Below, piece by piece: positions 22,601 to 33,900 of a stretch of DNA of 64,000 bases (within the stretch, counting starts at the first letter, position 1; every line of letters starts with the position of its first letter). Source of the DNA: Eledone cirrhosa. Taxonomy: Eukaryota. The notes under the pieces were generated by a model, which worked only from the letters and a program-made list of their open reading frames with translations, was not told where the DNA came from and did not search any database. The DNA lies in NCBI GenBank assembly GCA_964016885.1, contig OZ024741.1:24614001-24678000 (forward strand). The letters are read 5' to 3'. The position numbers and the translations under genes were made by a program.

Positions 22601-25600
22601 AAAGGGACGTAACTATGCTGGAAAGCATGGCGTCCGACCCTCTACCGATACTGCCAATATACAATAATGAATAAAGATGTCATAATAATTGGTGAGCATA
22701 AAAATTTTGTTGGAAAATAATGAATGTCTGCACCCCCAAAAATGATAGGAGCAATACACTTATGTTGATCAGTGATATATATATCTGATCAATGATATAT
22801 TGTATATTTATGTACAAAAGGAAGGTTGTATGATGTCTGCGTGCAAAGTGCAATGCTGCATGGTAGTGAAACATGGGCAGTCACTGCAGAGGACATGCTT
22901 CATTGGATGTGTAATGTAAGTGTGAGAGAAAGGCAGAACTTAGATGAGCTGAAGGAGAAGCTGGGTTTAAGAGGAATCCAAGGTGGTGTGCAGGAGAGAA
23001 GGATGTGTTGGGATGGACATGTGATGCACATGGACAATGACCAATGAGTGAAGAAATGCCAATGGAAGAAAGCTGACCTCAAATTGATAGTTGATCAGAT
23101 TAACTGACCCTTTCCACGGTTAAAAGGATCAGAACAGCCCCCAAAACACACTATACTCCAGCTATGTCACTAACTAAATCTCATAAAAAATTAATCCTAG
23201 AATAACATATCTTTCTTACTCTGCTCACCCTCACCCATATCAAGTGATACTTGTAGGTTATATGGATCCTATTGAAGCTGCCCCAACCTAGATGTAGAGC
23301 CTGGCACGCTTTCCCTTTCCTCCTCTCTTTCTTTTGTGGCCCAACAGTCCTTGTTCTTTCACTCCTTTTCTTCCCATTTATATAATAATAATAATTGTTT
23401 CTACTTTTGGCACAAGGCCAGCAATAATCCCAGTGCATTACAGGTACTTTATTTTATCGACCCCGTAAGGATGAAAGGCAAAATTAACCTTAATAATAAT
23501 GAAAATTATTGTGTAGTGCTCAGCTGCACTACAACTCACCAAAGGTGCATGTATAGTACATAGAATAATGTACAAATGTCAGGGAAGTAAACAATGTATG
23601 AGTCGTGATATAGACACACAGATACATGCGTGCTTGTGTATGGAGGGGGAATATCAGGTGTAGTGTTGGCAAATTTTTGGAAGCATGGAAGTTTTGAAGG
23701 ATGCAGTGTCCTGACAGCTAACAACTACTACAGGTAGTTTGTTCTATGCTTCAGCAACTCTGCCAGATCTGCCCTTCTTTACCCCCACTGTTTTTTTTCA
23801 TTACATGTATAATTAATTATGAAAACTTAAATAATTTGAGAAGAAATAACCTCAATGATTTCAATCTGAACTCATGGTAGACCAAATCTTCATTTAACAA
23901 CACCTGTTTTTTTTGGTACCTTTACTGGACAATAGTCCTAACTCAGTTTAACAATAACCCCAGGTTCTTGAGGGCCTTTATTGCGTGGTTGTCAAACACA
24001 CCATCCAGTTTAATACCAGAACATGTCACAAGTATTCAAACTAGATTCAGTTCCTTTCCATTCCATGATTTTCCTTCAGATGTTTTAGCTGGTCATCTCT
24101 GACATTGATTTTATTGGCTGGACTGTGACAAGTGGAGAGATGCTGAAGAGGACCTTGCAAACAGGGAAAAGCGGACGTAAAATGAAATAAAATGATGAGA
24201 CATGGGTGGATTGTCTAATGCTGCAATAATTTCGCCAACACACCACTCTTAAATAATAACAATAACAACAACAATTATTTCTAACATAGGCACAAGACCC
24301 CAACATTTTGGTAGATGAAAACAGTCAAATATATCAACTCCTCTGCTTGACTGGTACTTTATTTTATTGACCCTAGAACGATGAAAGGCAAAATTGACCT
24401 GGTTTCTAACATAGGCGCCAAGCCAGAAAATTGTGGTGAGTCTTTGGTAAAATGTCAGAACAAAAACCACAATGCATTTTGTTCAATTCTCCAGACATCT
24501 GAGTCATCATCATCATCATCATCATTTTTATGTCCATTTTTCCACATTTGCATGAGTTGGATGGGTCCTTCTCAGCACACCATCTCTCCACTCACCACAT
24601 TCCTTTGTCATCTCCTCTGTGAGTCTCAGTGATTTGAGGTCAGCCCTCAAGGTCTTCCTTGGTCTATCTTTACTATGGCTTCCATCCACTGGCTTTTCCT
24701 GGCACTTCTTCACCCAGCAATCATCATCCATGAGCATCACATGTCCGTACCAACACAGTCATCACACCACCTCAGATTCCTAGTAAACCCAATTTCACCC
24801 TCAGTTCATCCAAGCTCTGCCTTTCTCTCAAATTACATTACACATCCAACGTAGCATGGTTGCTTCATTTTTCTCCAGTCTAGATATGTCCTCTGCAGTC
24901 AGAGTTCATGTTTCACTAACCTGCAGCATTGCACGTCATAGAGTGCCCCTTAGATTTATTTGTGGGGTGGTATTTAGAATAGATTTACTTCCATATAAGT
25001 AAGACAGACATTTGCAACCATCATGTGATGAAACAACCACTACTATTATTACTAACTCTATAAAATGATGAAATGGCTTTTCTCGGTAGCCAATTCTGTT
25101 AATATAATTGTTTCTACTTTTGACACAAGGCCAGCAATTATCCCAGTGGATTACTGGTACTTTATTTTATCGACCCCGTAAGGATGAAAGGCAAAGTTAA
25201 CCTCGGCGGGATTTGAACTCAGATCATAAAGGGACGTAACTCTTTGCTGCAAAGCATGGCGTCCGACCCTCTGCTGATGCTGCCAATCCACTGCACAATT
25301 CTGTCAATATAATAATGGTTTCTTATTTAGGCACAAAGCTAGCAATTTGCAGGTGTGTGTGTGTAGGGAGGGGGTCGATTAAATTGACCCCAGTACTTAA
25401 CTGGTATTTTATTTTATTAACTCCAGAGGGATGAAAAGCAAAGTTGTCAATTCAATAATAATAATAAATAAATAAAGACCACCAGCTCTCTATCATCTGT
25501 ATTAATGCTTTATGATACAGTTGATAAGTTCAAGATCAAATCCTACAGAAATTGACTTTCGACTTTTTTTTAAATCCATCCCTTGTATTGGGGATAAAGT

Positions 25601-28600
25601 ATGGGTTTATAGAAGAGTTAGAAGTGGTACATTTGTTTTATAAATTTATAACTAGAAAGAGAACTCACTTGAAATACAATTGGTCTGTTTCAGATTCTGA
25701 TTCTTTATCTCTTTGGCACAAACTGGAATAAAACAGAGATTGATAGAGTAAGGTGAGAAAGCTACATGAATATTAGTGAAGATATAGATTAAGTGAAGAT
25801 GGTAATGCTGGATAGACCTCATAGTAGATAACATCAAGTGTGTGTACATCTCTCTTCCTATTTCCTCTCTCTCTCATTCTATCGTTTAACGAAGGACTAA
25901 AGTTTGAAACATTGAGACTTTTTTCTTACTATATCAAGTGAGACTTTTCTTTTATATATATATATGCATATATGCACCATGGAACCTCGGTTCACAAACT
26001 GAATTTGTTCAAGAAGGCTGTTCGTCATCCGAAATGTTGAGAGAGAGAGACTGTGTGTGAAAGATAGATATCACCATAGTAACTAACTACACACCAAGAG
26101 ATGTTTTCCCGCTGATATTTAAGGCTTGTCGCCAACTATTGTGGCCAGCTTGCGTATACGTTACTCGAGACACTGTTTTTAAACTATTCTTATCTTTAAT
26201 TTTTCTCAGTTGTAAAAATGTATGTAAGACTAGTTCTAGATTAAAAAAAAAAATTAAAATTAAAATTATTGTGTACAGTGCTCAGATGCACTACAACTCA
26301 TCAAAGGTGCATGTATTGTACTTAGAACAATGTACAAATGTCAGGAAAGTGAACAGTGTATGAGTTATAACATGCACACAGATTCATGTGTATATGGAGG
26401 AGAAATATCAGGTGTAGTGTTGGCGAATTTCGGGAAGCATGTAAGTTTTGAAGGATGCAGTGTCTCGACAGCTAACAACTAATGCAGGTAGTTTGTTCCA
26501 TGCTTCAGCAACTCGGTCATTTTTTTGTCTCTAAGCCCTTGGTTGGATTATTATTTATATATTTATATATATTTATATGTATATACACATACACACTTCT
26601 TAACAGCACAACCATGATCAAATATTTGTGAGAATTCATGACTATGTACTGTTATCATTTGTATAAATAACATACTAGAAGGGACGCGGTTTTGAATTTA
26701 AAAAATGAACATAAGAAATTGAAAAAAAGATAGGGAAGAATTAATGAAAATCAGGAAGACAAACAAGTTGGTACAAGTATATTTAATGCAGTGAACATTT
26801 AAAGGTTAACTAGAAACAGTGATTGCCAACACTAACTTCTGTGAAATAAACAGATTAGCAAGGGTCCTCAAAACCATAGATAAAAGCTTAAGAGCCTTGC
26901 TCTTATCAGTAATCAGAAAAGGAGTAACATTATGTGTAAAGACCTTCAAGGGTCTCTTTTAAAGAGTGCTTGGTTATAATTTCAAGATAATGATGCAAAT
27001 CTACTGCAGGTAACATTACCAGGGTACTGAAAAGTTCCTGGCTTTGAGTAAAAGAATATACAGGAGCATCAGTTAATTATGATTTTATTCAGTATTTGCC
27101 CTTTTAGATTCACACACTTATTGCAGTAGCCCTACCTCCCCTGTAAAAGTAACAGCTCTACCCTTAAAGCCAGGAACACTTCAGCACCCCAGTAATTCCC
27201 TTATGATTTGAAAAATTAATAGGAGGGGGAAAATTATTTGTGACATGAGAATTGTTTACTAAATATGGTGGGTGTATGAGTGGTGGTGCATGGTAGTAAA
27301 ATATAAGTGGTGCATGATTGTAAAATATAAGTGGTGTATAGTAGTAAAATATGGGTGGTGTGTGTATGGTAGTAAAATATGGGTGGTGTGTGTATGGTAG
27401 TAAAATATGGGTGATGTATGTATGGTAGGGAAACATGGACAGTGTATATAAAGAACTATATGTGGAGTGTAAAATGTGAGATGGTATATATTATGTAATG
27501 AAACATAGTCAGTGAATATAGAGAACTATATATGATGTATGTAAAATAAAAAATGACTGCACGGGGCCGATGTGGGCTCTGCAAACCATGGTGATGGCTA
27601 CCTATTTAGGAGAGCAGTGACTGATTAAAAATGACTGCACGGGGCAGATGTGGGCTCCGTAAGCCGTAGTGAAGGCTACCTATCTAGGAGGGTAGACACT
27701 CCAAATAAAAACTAACACAGAGTGGAGAGGATTCTTGAGTTCAATAAGACAACCTCTCTACTGCTGGTGACACAAATCATGCACCCAGTCCACATTGTAA
27801 AGTGGTTGGTGATAGGAAGGGCATCCAGTCAGAAAAACCTTGCCAAAAATATGACAAGCATGACAATTTCAATTCTCACTAACTGTATACAAGGCTAATA
27901 CTAGTCATATTAGTGCTGTGCACATAAGTTGGGTGCCTAGAGTAGCCATGTGCGAGAACCCCTCCACCACCATCAAGCAACCATGCAACTCTTTTCCATT
28001 TTAGATACATAGAAATTTTACCCAACAAAATAACTGTCAAGCTACAAATCTCAGGACTGCCACCCTGAAAAGTAAATCAGGTGAAATTGTGGAGCTGTTA
28101 GTGAGGAGAGAAGTGGATATATGCTATGTAAAGGAGGTGAGATGGTGGGGGTGGGGGCTCAGTGAGACTACTCACAGGCAAACATCATAGATACAAGCTT
28201 TACTGGATAGGAAATAACAATGGGGTTAGGAGTAGGCATCTTACTAACTGAGAAAGAGAGAGATGAGGTGGTAGAGTTGTCAGAGTAAGAGACAGAATTA
28301 TCAAGCTTAGAATAGTTGTAGGAAATAGACTGGTGACAATTACATCTACCTAGGCCCCACAGGCAGGATTAAGTAAAGACCAAAAGGACAGGTTCTATGA
28401 GGAACTTTTACAAACAACTTCAGATATCAAAGTGACCTCATCATCCTGGCAACTTCAATGGACATGAGGGCCATACCAGGACGGATTCAGTGGAGTTCAC
28501 AGTGGCTATGGTGGACATGAGGGCCATACCAGGACGGATTCAGTGGAGTTCACAGTGGCTATGGTGGACATGAGGGCCATACCAGGACGGATTCAGTGGA

Positions 28601-31600
28601 GTTCACAGTGGCTATGGTTATGGCTCAAGAAATGAACGAGCGAGGCTCTTGGAATGAACTAACCATTTGCAACAGAAATTTCAGGAAACCAGCTACCTAA
28701 TCTCATACCAATCAGGTGAACACACAAGCCAAATTGATTACTTACTTGTTAGACAGGACAAATGGATTGTAATAAATACTAAAGCCTTACCTGGGGAAGA
28801 ATGCAACCAATCAACACAAGTTATTAGCGATATCGAAATCAGCACCAGATAGAACAAGATACAAAGAAAAATATGGAGTTGGAGGGTTTGGAAGCTAAAG
28901 GACCTTTTGATTAAATATAGGTTTAGAAAGGCCCTACAGGATTCATTTGATAAGAGAGGTGACAAACTAGATACATAACATAGAGGACAATTGGAAATTC
29001 TTGCATGACAACCTTTTGCAAACTACTGATGTGACTTGTGGTTGGAGTAGAGCATCAGCCAGATAGAGGGTGACCTGCTGATAGTACAGATCAGTGGATT
29101 AAAACCAAGGGGCAGGCATGGGAAGACTGAAATAATGGGGGTAGCAGAAACCGATACAAGGTAGCTGAGAGAGAAGCTAGACAATAGGTATACACAATTG
29201 GAGAGAGGCTGAAGAAAGAAAGTTTGCCATCATCCTGATAGATGAGGATCAAAGATGTGAAGTGTTCCACATTGTAAGGCAGTGTGTTAGTGTAAATTGA
29301 GATATTGTTGGTGAAAAATGTGTTAAAAATGACTCCGATACACAGCACCACTGATTTCCAAAAGAAAGGGGCTTGGAAATGTTACTATGAGAGATTGATA
29401 AATGTAGAGGATAACTACCCCCAACCTACCCAACAAAATGACCAGCCATTGAAATTGACAGTTATAAAGTTAAAGAAGCAATTAAAGAAATGAAAAATGG
29501 TAAAGCTGCAGGACCATCAGAAATGGTTGCCGAGATCCTAAAGGAATTGGGAGAATTAGGAGTCAAACTAACCCACATAGTCAATCAGATAATACAGAAC
29601 GGTGTCATACCCAATGACTGGCACAGTAGTACAATCATAAATTGCTACAAGGGCAAAGGTGATGCCCTAGAAAGGAGCAACAATAGAGGTATAAAACTAA
29701 TAGACCAAGTTATGAAAGTGAAGGAAAGAATTATAGCACAACTAATAAGAGAAAGAGTCAAATTAGATGAGATACAGTTTGGTTTCATGCCTGGGAAAAG
29801 TACTACAGATGCCCTTTTTTTAGTGAGGCAATTACAAGAGAAGTTAGTCAAAAACAAGCTACTATATTTTGCTTTTGTTAATCTAGAAAAGGCCTAAGGA
29901 AATTAGATGTAGAAGAATGGCTAATGAGAGCAGTGCAAGCCATGTACAGAGAAGCTGTCAGCAAAGTGAGAGTAGGAAGTGAGTTTAGTGAGGAATTGGA
30001 GGTACAGTTAAGAGTTTATCAGGGTTCAGTTCTTAGCCCACTATTATTCAGACTATAACAGAAAAGTTTAAGACTGGCTGTCTATGGGAACTTCTCTATG
30101 CAGATGATCTGGTCCTTATAGCTGAATCCATTAAAGAACTAGAAAATAAGTTCTGATTATGGAAACAGAACTTGGAATCAAAAAGTTTGAGAATAAACTT
30201 AGCCAAACCTAAAATGCTAGTGACTAGGAGAGAAGATAGGGCCCTGATTCCTTCAGGGAAGTGGCGCTGCTCAATATGTAGAAAAAGAGCAGGCATAAAC
30301 TCCATACTATGTACAGAATGTAAATCTTGGGTACACAAGATATGTAGTGGGATGAAAGGAAAACCTTGTATGTAGAAGATGCACATGGGTAACAGAGGAG
30401 AAGAGTGCCTGTGATGTAAAAGGCCCATAGAAGTGGTTGATAGCTTCTGTTATCTAGGTGACTTAATGCAGTGAAGGAGGGTGAAAGCATAATAGCTAGA
30501 ATAAGGATAGGATGGAAGTTTAGAGAGCTACTCCCACTGTTGACAACAAAAAGTTTCTCTTGATGTACAAAAAGACGTATGATGCCTGTGTGTGAAGTGT
30601 GATGCTGCATGGTAGTAAAACACAGGCTGAGAGGACAAGCATAAACTGGAGAGAAATGAAGAAACCATGCTTCGTTGGCTGTGCAATATAGGTGTGAGAG
30701 AAAGGCAGATCTTGCACGAGTTGAGGGAGAAACTGGGTTTAAGAGGAATCTGAGGTGGTGTGCAGGAGAGAAGACTGCGCTGGTATGACATGTGATGCAC
30801 ATGGATAATGATTGCTGGGTGAAGATGTGACAGGAAATCCCAGTGGAAGGAAGCCGCAGTAGATATAAACCAAGAAAGACCTTGGCAGATGTGAGAGCTG
30901 ACCTCAAATCGCTAAGACTAACAGAGGACATGACGAAGGAACGCAAGAGTGGAGCGAGGTCATGCTGAGAAGGACCCATCTAACCCATGCAAGGATGGAA
31001 AAACGGATGTGAAAATGATAAGATGTGAGATGGTGCATGGAAGCAAAACATGGACAGTGGATGTCGCTGGGAATATTAAGTGCTGTGTTTTAGTCATGGC
31101 CTCAGTACAATACCAGTGCACGATATGAACTATTAAACCTGTTAGTCAATACTACACCTATAGTTAAACTCATAAAGTTCCATTGTTTACAACATGCACA
31201 GACACCAACGATCCAGTGTACAAGGTCTACTTGTTTTTTAATTTTCTTCTGTTGATTTTCCTCTGCCCTCATTTCAATTAGCCCCAATACTTTGTGTCAA
31301 TATTGCCATACCTATTGTGAAGTTATGTTTAACTACAGCTAAATTCAGCCCATTACTTAAGTTGTAAACATTTAAAATATTGCCTTTTTCCTTCTTATCC
31401 CTAGAACCTTCTTCCATTCTTAAAGCCCCCCCCCCCCTTCTCTCTGTTTTATCACTAATTATTAATATTAACGTTTGCTAAGTTTTTGCTGCTTTTGTAT
31501 TTTCTGTTATTCTTTTACTGGTTTTAGTCATTGGACTGTGGCCATGCTGGGGTACTACCTTCAAGGGATTTTAGTAAAACCATATCCTTTGTAAGATACA

Positions 31601-32583
31601 GCATCCCAAGATCAGCTGTCACCACGTCTGCCTACCCTGCAACTACCTTCTATGTGGAACTCCTGGTACATCTTTACCCAAATGTTACTATCTATCTACA
31701 TTACACAACCACACTGGCACAGTCTTCTATCTTGTACACATCTAATTTCTCTTGTAACCAGTTATTTTTTCAACTTATCTGTGTTTTGTCCTTCATGCAC
31801 ACTAATGTTATACATTCAATGATGTATGCTTGATTCAGCCTTTTCCAACCTTCACACATCTACATTCAATGCCCATAACTTGTTACCATGCAACATTGCA
31901 CGATGTACACAAACATCATATAATATACCCGTTGCTCGAAAAGAGAGAATTAATTTGTTGACTGCTGAAGTTACAGTTCCCTCAACATTTTCCCACCCTG
32001 TTCATATTCTGGCTATTATGCTTTCAGAACACCCTCCCACTGCTAATTAGATCAAGCAGGTAACAGAGGCTGTCTATTACTTCTACGTAACCTTCCTTGA
32101 ATCAGAAATGTTTTATTTTACTGGTGTTCAGACTATCCCGTGCATCTTACCACATACAAAGACTACATTCTCTATTAGCCTGTCTGAGATACCACTACAC
32201 ATTTCGTGTACCGATTATTTACATTGATTTCCCCGGATGGAATTCCTACCTACACCCTACTGGATATCGAGCACGGCCATTTCCTTGATGGTTGCAAAGT
32301 CATGTCTTACCCTCACGTGAAATCCTATATAAGTAATATTGTAGTGGTGTATCATATAGTTGTATATATTACACATTGTTAAAATATCTAATTTAGACCT
32401 TCATACAAATAATATTATTTCATATCATTAACGATGACAATTAATTCTAGTTTCGCCTTGACAGTCGAGCTTATAAATAGGCGAAACTTATAAGTAATCA
32501 CAATCATTATAGGGTCGATAAAATAAAGTACCAGTAATACACTAGGTATTTGCTGGCCTTGTACCAAAAGTAGAAACAATTAA

Positions 32584-32670
<87 letters not shown>

Positions 32671-32853
32671 AGAAAAAATGAGAACTAGGAAGTTTGGAAG
32701 AGTTCATTGTTGTAATTTTTCAAAAAATTTAAGACAGTGCAATATAGAAAATTATATAAACTACAACAGATGAACTTAAAATTTCGTTATGGGGTCCAGC
32801 TTGCAATATAAGTTTAGAACCAGACGGACTCACCGCTTACGAGGGTTATCCAT
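1171..32853 (-). CDS. PRMT6: Protein arginine N-methyltransferase 6-like, 13 coding exons, 354 aa (whole gene span)
   Basis: 13 GT-AG exons join with consistent phases into 1065 nt. The protein has [22 protein letters not shown], motif [11 protein letters not shown], post-I VYAIEAS, double-E loop [14 protein letters not shown], motif III LKSSG and THW loop THWSQ. DQLY and GAGTG favour PRMT6 over PRMT1/3; the subfamily call is from recalled sequences. Confidence 0.85.
2805..3190. repeat. 27-bp minisatellite (CATGTAGTAAAGTATAGAAATATATAC), about 14 copies
   Basis: Direct inspection; 9-aa periodicity in the ORF track. Confidence 0.95.
3603..3710 (-). CDS. PRMT6: PRMT6-like exon 12 ([14 protein letters not shown]...QP)
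   Basis: tatcag| ... |gtaaca; THW loop. Confidence 0.92.
3880..4088. repeat. Inverted-repeat element with degenerate hammerhead core; second copy at about 36990-37135
   Basis: Arms about 3946-4006 and 4024-4086; CTGATGA-TTTC-TTTT-GAAT-GAAA at 4022-4044; AATATAGAAATGGCTTCTAC is shared with the reverse-oriented copy at 36990-37135. Confidence 0.6.
4302..4632 (-). mobile_element. SINE family B copy
   Basis: Reverse complement of 50535-50870 with a (GAT)n tail. Confidence 0.85.
5367..5586 (-). CDS. PRMT6: PRMT6-like exon 11 (...[24 protein letters not shown])
   Basis: ttccag| ... |gtaagt, 220 nt; beta-barrel HGF..WFDV and LSTSP motifs. Confidence 0.93.
6502..6656. mobile_element. Mariner-type MITE (further copies 18408-18572 and 27020-27193)
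   Basis: TIRs GAGGGGGTGCTGAAAAGTTCCTGGC / GCCAGGAACTTTTCAGCACCCCCTT; TA flank. Confidence 0.75.
7234..8640 (-). mobile_element. 5'-truncated RTE-clade LINE of a second, GC-rich family (SR2-like)
   Basis: [50 protein letters not shown] across frameshifts; 3' end ACAAGTAAGCAAGTA. Confidence 0.9.
8789..8871 (-). CDS. PRMT6: PRMT6-like exon 10 ([27 protein letters not shown])
   Basis: ctgcag| ... |gttagt; dimerisation-arm W....Y.V.M pattern; phases 2 and 1 fit the neighbours. Confidence 0.85.
10798..14288 (+). mobile_element. RTE-clade LINE, near full length (APE endonuclease + RT with inserted PHD finger), copy 1
   Basis: 986-aa ORF 10906-13866 with [30 protein letters not shown] and YADD; 3'UTR ends in (GAT)n at about 14268-14288; +8 nt frameshift near 13810 relative to copy 2. 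The true 5' end is uncertain and may extend to about 9984. Confidence 0.95.
14367..14603. repeat. Long inverted repeat (arms about 14367-14455 and 14511-14603), Penelope-like terminal remnant
   Basis: Near-perfect arms of about 90 bp flanked by (TA)n; they carry the hammerhead 3' half GCGAAACCGGTA. Confidence 0.75.
14431..14475 (-). ncRNA. Minimal hammerhead ribozyme, U3-A8 core variant, in PRMT6 intron 9
   Basis: CUU-UUGAAAA-GCAG(AAGAA)CUGC-GAAA-CCGG-UA-AAG; palindromic ACCGGU stem III; GUA triplet ending at 14439. Confidence 0.6.
14721..14791 (-). CDS. PRMT6: PRMT6-like exon 9 ([23 protein letters not shown])
   Basis: ttccag| ... |gtaagt; G..FP..A.LYIAP motif. Confidence 0.92.
14810..15235. 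repeat. (GGT/GTT)n low-complexity tract filling PRMT6 intron 8
   Basis: Direct inspection. Confidence 0.9.
15373..15441 (-). CDS. PRMT6: PRMT6-like exon 8 ([23 protein letters not shown])
   Basis: tatcag| ... |gtaagt; double-E loop. Confidence 0.95.
15733..15944. mobile_element. piggyBac-like MITE (reverse copy at about 20985-21224)
   Basis: TTAA at both ends (TTAACC... ...GAGTTAA); homologous inverted copy within the window. Confidence 0.55.
16031..16078 (-). CDS. PRMT6: PRMT6-like exon 7 ([16 protein letters not shown])
   Basis: ttacag| ... |gtgagt; motif II. Confidence 0.95.
17008..17108 (-). CDS. PRMT6: PRMT6-like exon 6 (VYAIEASNM...IKGKVE)
   Basis: ttccag| ... |gtaaag; post-I motif. 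Confidence 0.93.
17341..17430 (-). ncRNA. Minimal type I hammerhead ribozyme (Penelope-like element type) in PRMT6 intron 5
   Basis: Stem I 16/19 bp; CUGAUGA (17411-17405); stem II AGACGUACUG/CAGUAUCUUU 9/10 bp; GAAA; palindromic AUAUAUAU stem III; AUA cleavage triplet ending at 17360. Confidence 0.7.
17740..18222. repeat. Degenerate minisatellite of about 24-26 bp (ATAACACAGATATAGGGCTAACT..)
   Basis: Direct inspection; includes three exact dimeric units at 17810-17996. Confidence 0.9.
18250..18291 (-). CDS. PRMT6: PRMT6-like exon 5 ([14 protein letters not shown])
   Basis: tttcag| ... |gtaggt; GILS.F...AGA.K motif. Confidence 0.93.
18638..18818 (-). mobile_element. SINE family A copy
   Basis: Same head and core as 33724-33900. 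Confidence 0.8.
18875..20690. repeat. 57-bp minisatellite, about 32 highly homogeneous copies
   Basis: Unit GATATAGAGACAGATCAACAGAGATATCTGGTAGACCACAGACAAGGACATCTGGTG; 19-aa periodicity on both strands. Confidence 0.97.
20713..20780 (-). CDS. PRMT6: PRMT6-like exon 4 ([22 protein letters not shown])
   Basis: ttccag| ... |gtttgt; SAM-binding motif I. Confidence 0.93.
21567..21632 (-). CDS. PRMT6: PRMT6-like exon 3 ([21 protein letters not shown])
   Basis: ttgcag| ... |gtgag; HEEMLxDxVRT motif. Confidence 0.93.
22815..23085 (+). mobile_element. RTE 3' fragment
   Basis: [18 protein letters not shown]...GHVMHMD is homologous to the copy 1 C-terminus. Confidence 0.75.
24503..24940 (-). mobile_element. 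RTE 3' fragment with (GAT)n tail
   Basis: Homology to the RTE C-terminus (RPRKT) and 3'UTR; (TCA)n at 24504-24525. Confidence 0.75.
25107..25450 (-). mobile_element. Two tandem SINE family A copies
   Basis: Same core as 33724-33900. Confidence 0.8.
25669..25722 (-). CDS. PRMT6: PRMT6-like exon 2 ([17 protein letters not shown])
   Basis: ttccag| ... |gtgagt, 54 nt, phase 2-2; supplies the conserved YF..Y helix. Confidence 0.85.
26265..26515 (-). mobile_element. CR1/L2-type LINE 3' end (copies at 23505-23760, 9690-9960 and 50447-50485)
   Basis: Minus strand encodes [21 protein letters not shown] followed by a conserved 3'UTR. Confidence 0.7.
27550..31022 (+). mobile_element. Old, heavily decayed RTE LINE related to copy 1
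   Basis: Fragments such as [41 protein letters not shown]; many stops and frameshifts; RTE-type 3' tail. Confidence 0.85.
31700..32330 (-). mobile_element. Decayed RTE fragment (PHD to C-terminus)
   Basis: Homology to the copy 1 GGCSES..ARI.TGW segment and the upstream PHD region. Confidence 0.6.
32834..32853 (-). CDS. PRMT6: PRMT6-like exon 1 (MDNPRKR)
   Basis: ATG GAT AAC CCT CGT AAG CG|gtgagt; phase 2 matches exon 2; CpG-richer flank. Confidence 0.75.
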
Positions 32854-33658
32854 GCTTTAGCGCTCAATGCTCTCTTCAATGTCTGATGATTTTCCGAAAT
32901 ATCTCTTGTTTCTCTTCCTCTCTTCTATCCCGTTGGTTGAAGAAGAGAAAGTCAAGTGAGTAAATTTCCAACATAAAAGAAAATTAAAACAGCTGAGCCA
33001 AGTTCGTTTTCCACGTGTATGTTGCCCCCCACCATTGAGTTATGTAGTCTTAACCGGTGTCGAAAGTAGAAAATACCCGTTTCAATAAAGTTTCCGTGAA
33101 GCTCTTTGTGATTGATTCATACATAGATCATGGCCTTTTTTGTTGTTGCGGTTTAGTGATAAATCATAACTAAACAAATATCAAGCTATTTTATTTTACG
33201 AAGCTGTTTACACAAAAAGAAAACGTTACTATTAAAGGGAACAAAAAATAAAATAAAAATAAAACGGATCAAGCTATGAAAGAAAGCGAGACTGGGAAGG
33301 ACAGACATTACACTCCAGTCTGATTGGCGCCCCAGCCGTGCCCAGCGGATAATATGGCAAAATCGTTACCGCGGAGGATGGCCACCCCACCACATGGGGC
33401 TCCCTCCTCAAGCAGACAACCGTTTTTCGATTTTATGGAGGAAATCAGCAGTGCGGGAACCAAGGACGACGAAAACTGCTCGAAATATTAAAACTCATCT
33501 CATTGCTTCTTTTTTATTCAGATCATTACTAATTTCTTTCGCTTCTAGGATTTTTTCTTCTCTATCTAGGTAATCGATTTAACTCCAGTTTTTGTCTTGC
33601 ACTTACATAGTTTGATATAATATTATTTTATGCTGGCAAAAAGCGTGAAAGTAAATAA

Positions 33659-33673
33659 CCGGAAATGACGTCA
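33659..33673. promoter_or_regulatory. Overlapping ETS+CRE motif CCGGAAATGACGTCA in the putative PRMT6 promoter
   Basis: Exact TGACGTCA palindrome fused to CCGGAA, about 0.8 kb upstream of the ATG in a CpG-richer, non-repetitive stretch; CCAAT box (minus strand) near 33323-33327. Confidence 0.45.
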
Positions 33674-33723
33674 TTACACACTGTTGCTGTAACATTTCAT
33701 TAATTCTCTATATTTCATTATTT

Positions 33724-33900
33724 CTGGCAGTATCGGTAGAGGGTCGGACGCCATGCTTTCCAGCATAGTTACGTCCCTTTACGATCTGAGTTCAAATCCC
33801 GCCGAGGTTGACTTTGCCTTTCATCCTTACGGGGTCGATAAAATAAAGTACCAGTAATGAACTGGGTATTTGCTGGCCTTGTGCCTAAAGTAGAAACAAT
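33724..33900 (+). mobile_element. tRNA-derived SINE, family A (best-preserved copy)
   Basis: Box A TGGCAGTATCGGTAGAG, box B GAGTTCAAATCCCGCC, body GCCTTTCATCCTTACGGGGTCGATAAAATAAAGTACCAG (Meta/MESC-like core, from recall). Further copies near 845, 1320, 1500, 2600, 18640, 22510, 23395, 25107, 32505, 40315 and 54210. Confidence 0.85.

Noticed and set aside
32883-32905. CTGATGA-TTTTCC-GAAA-TA-TC hammerhead-like string (+ strand)
   Set aside because: No stem II and no stem I pairing; probably chance.
33724-33810. Possible tRNA gene
   Set aside because: Box A and B are present but there is no cloverleaf; it continues into a SINE body found in more than ten copies.
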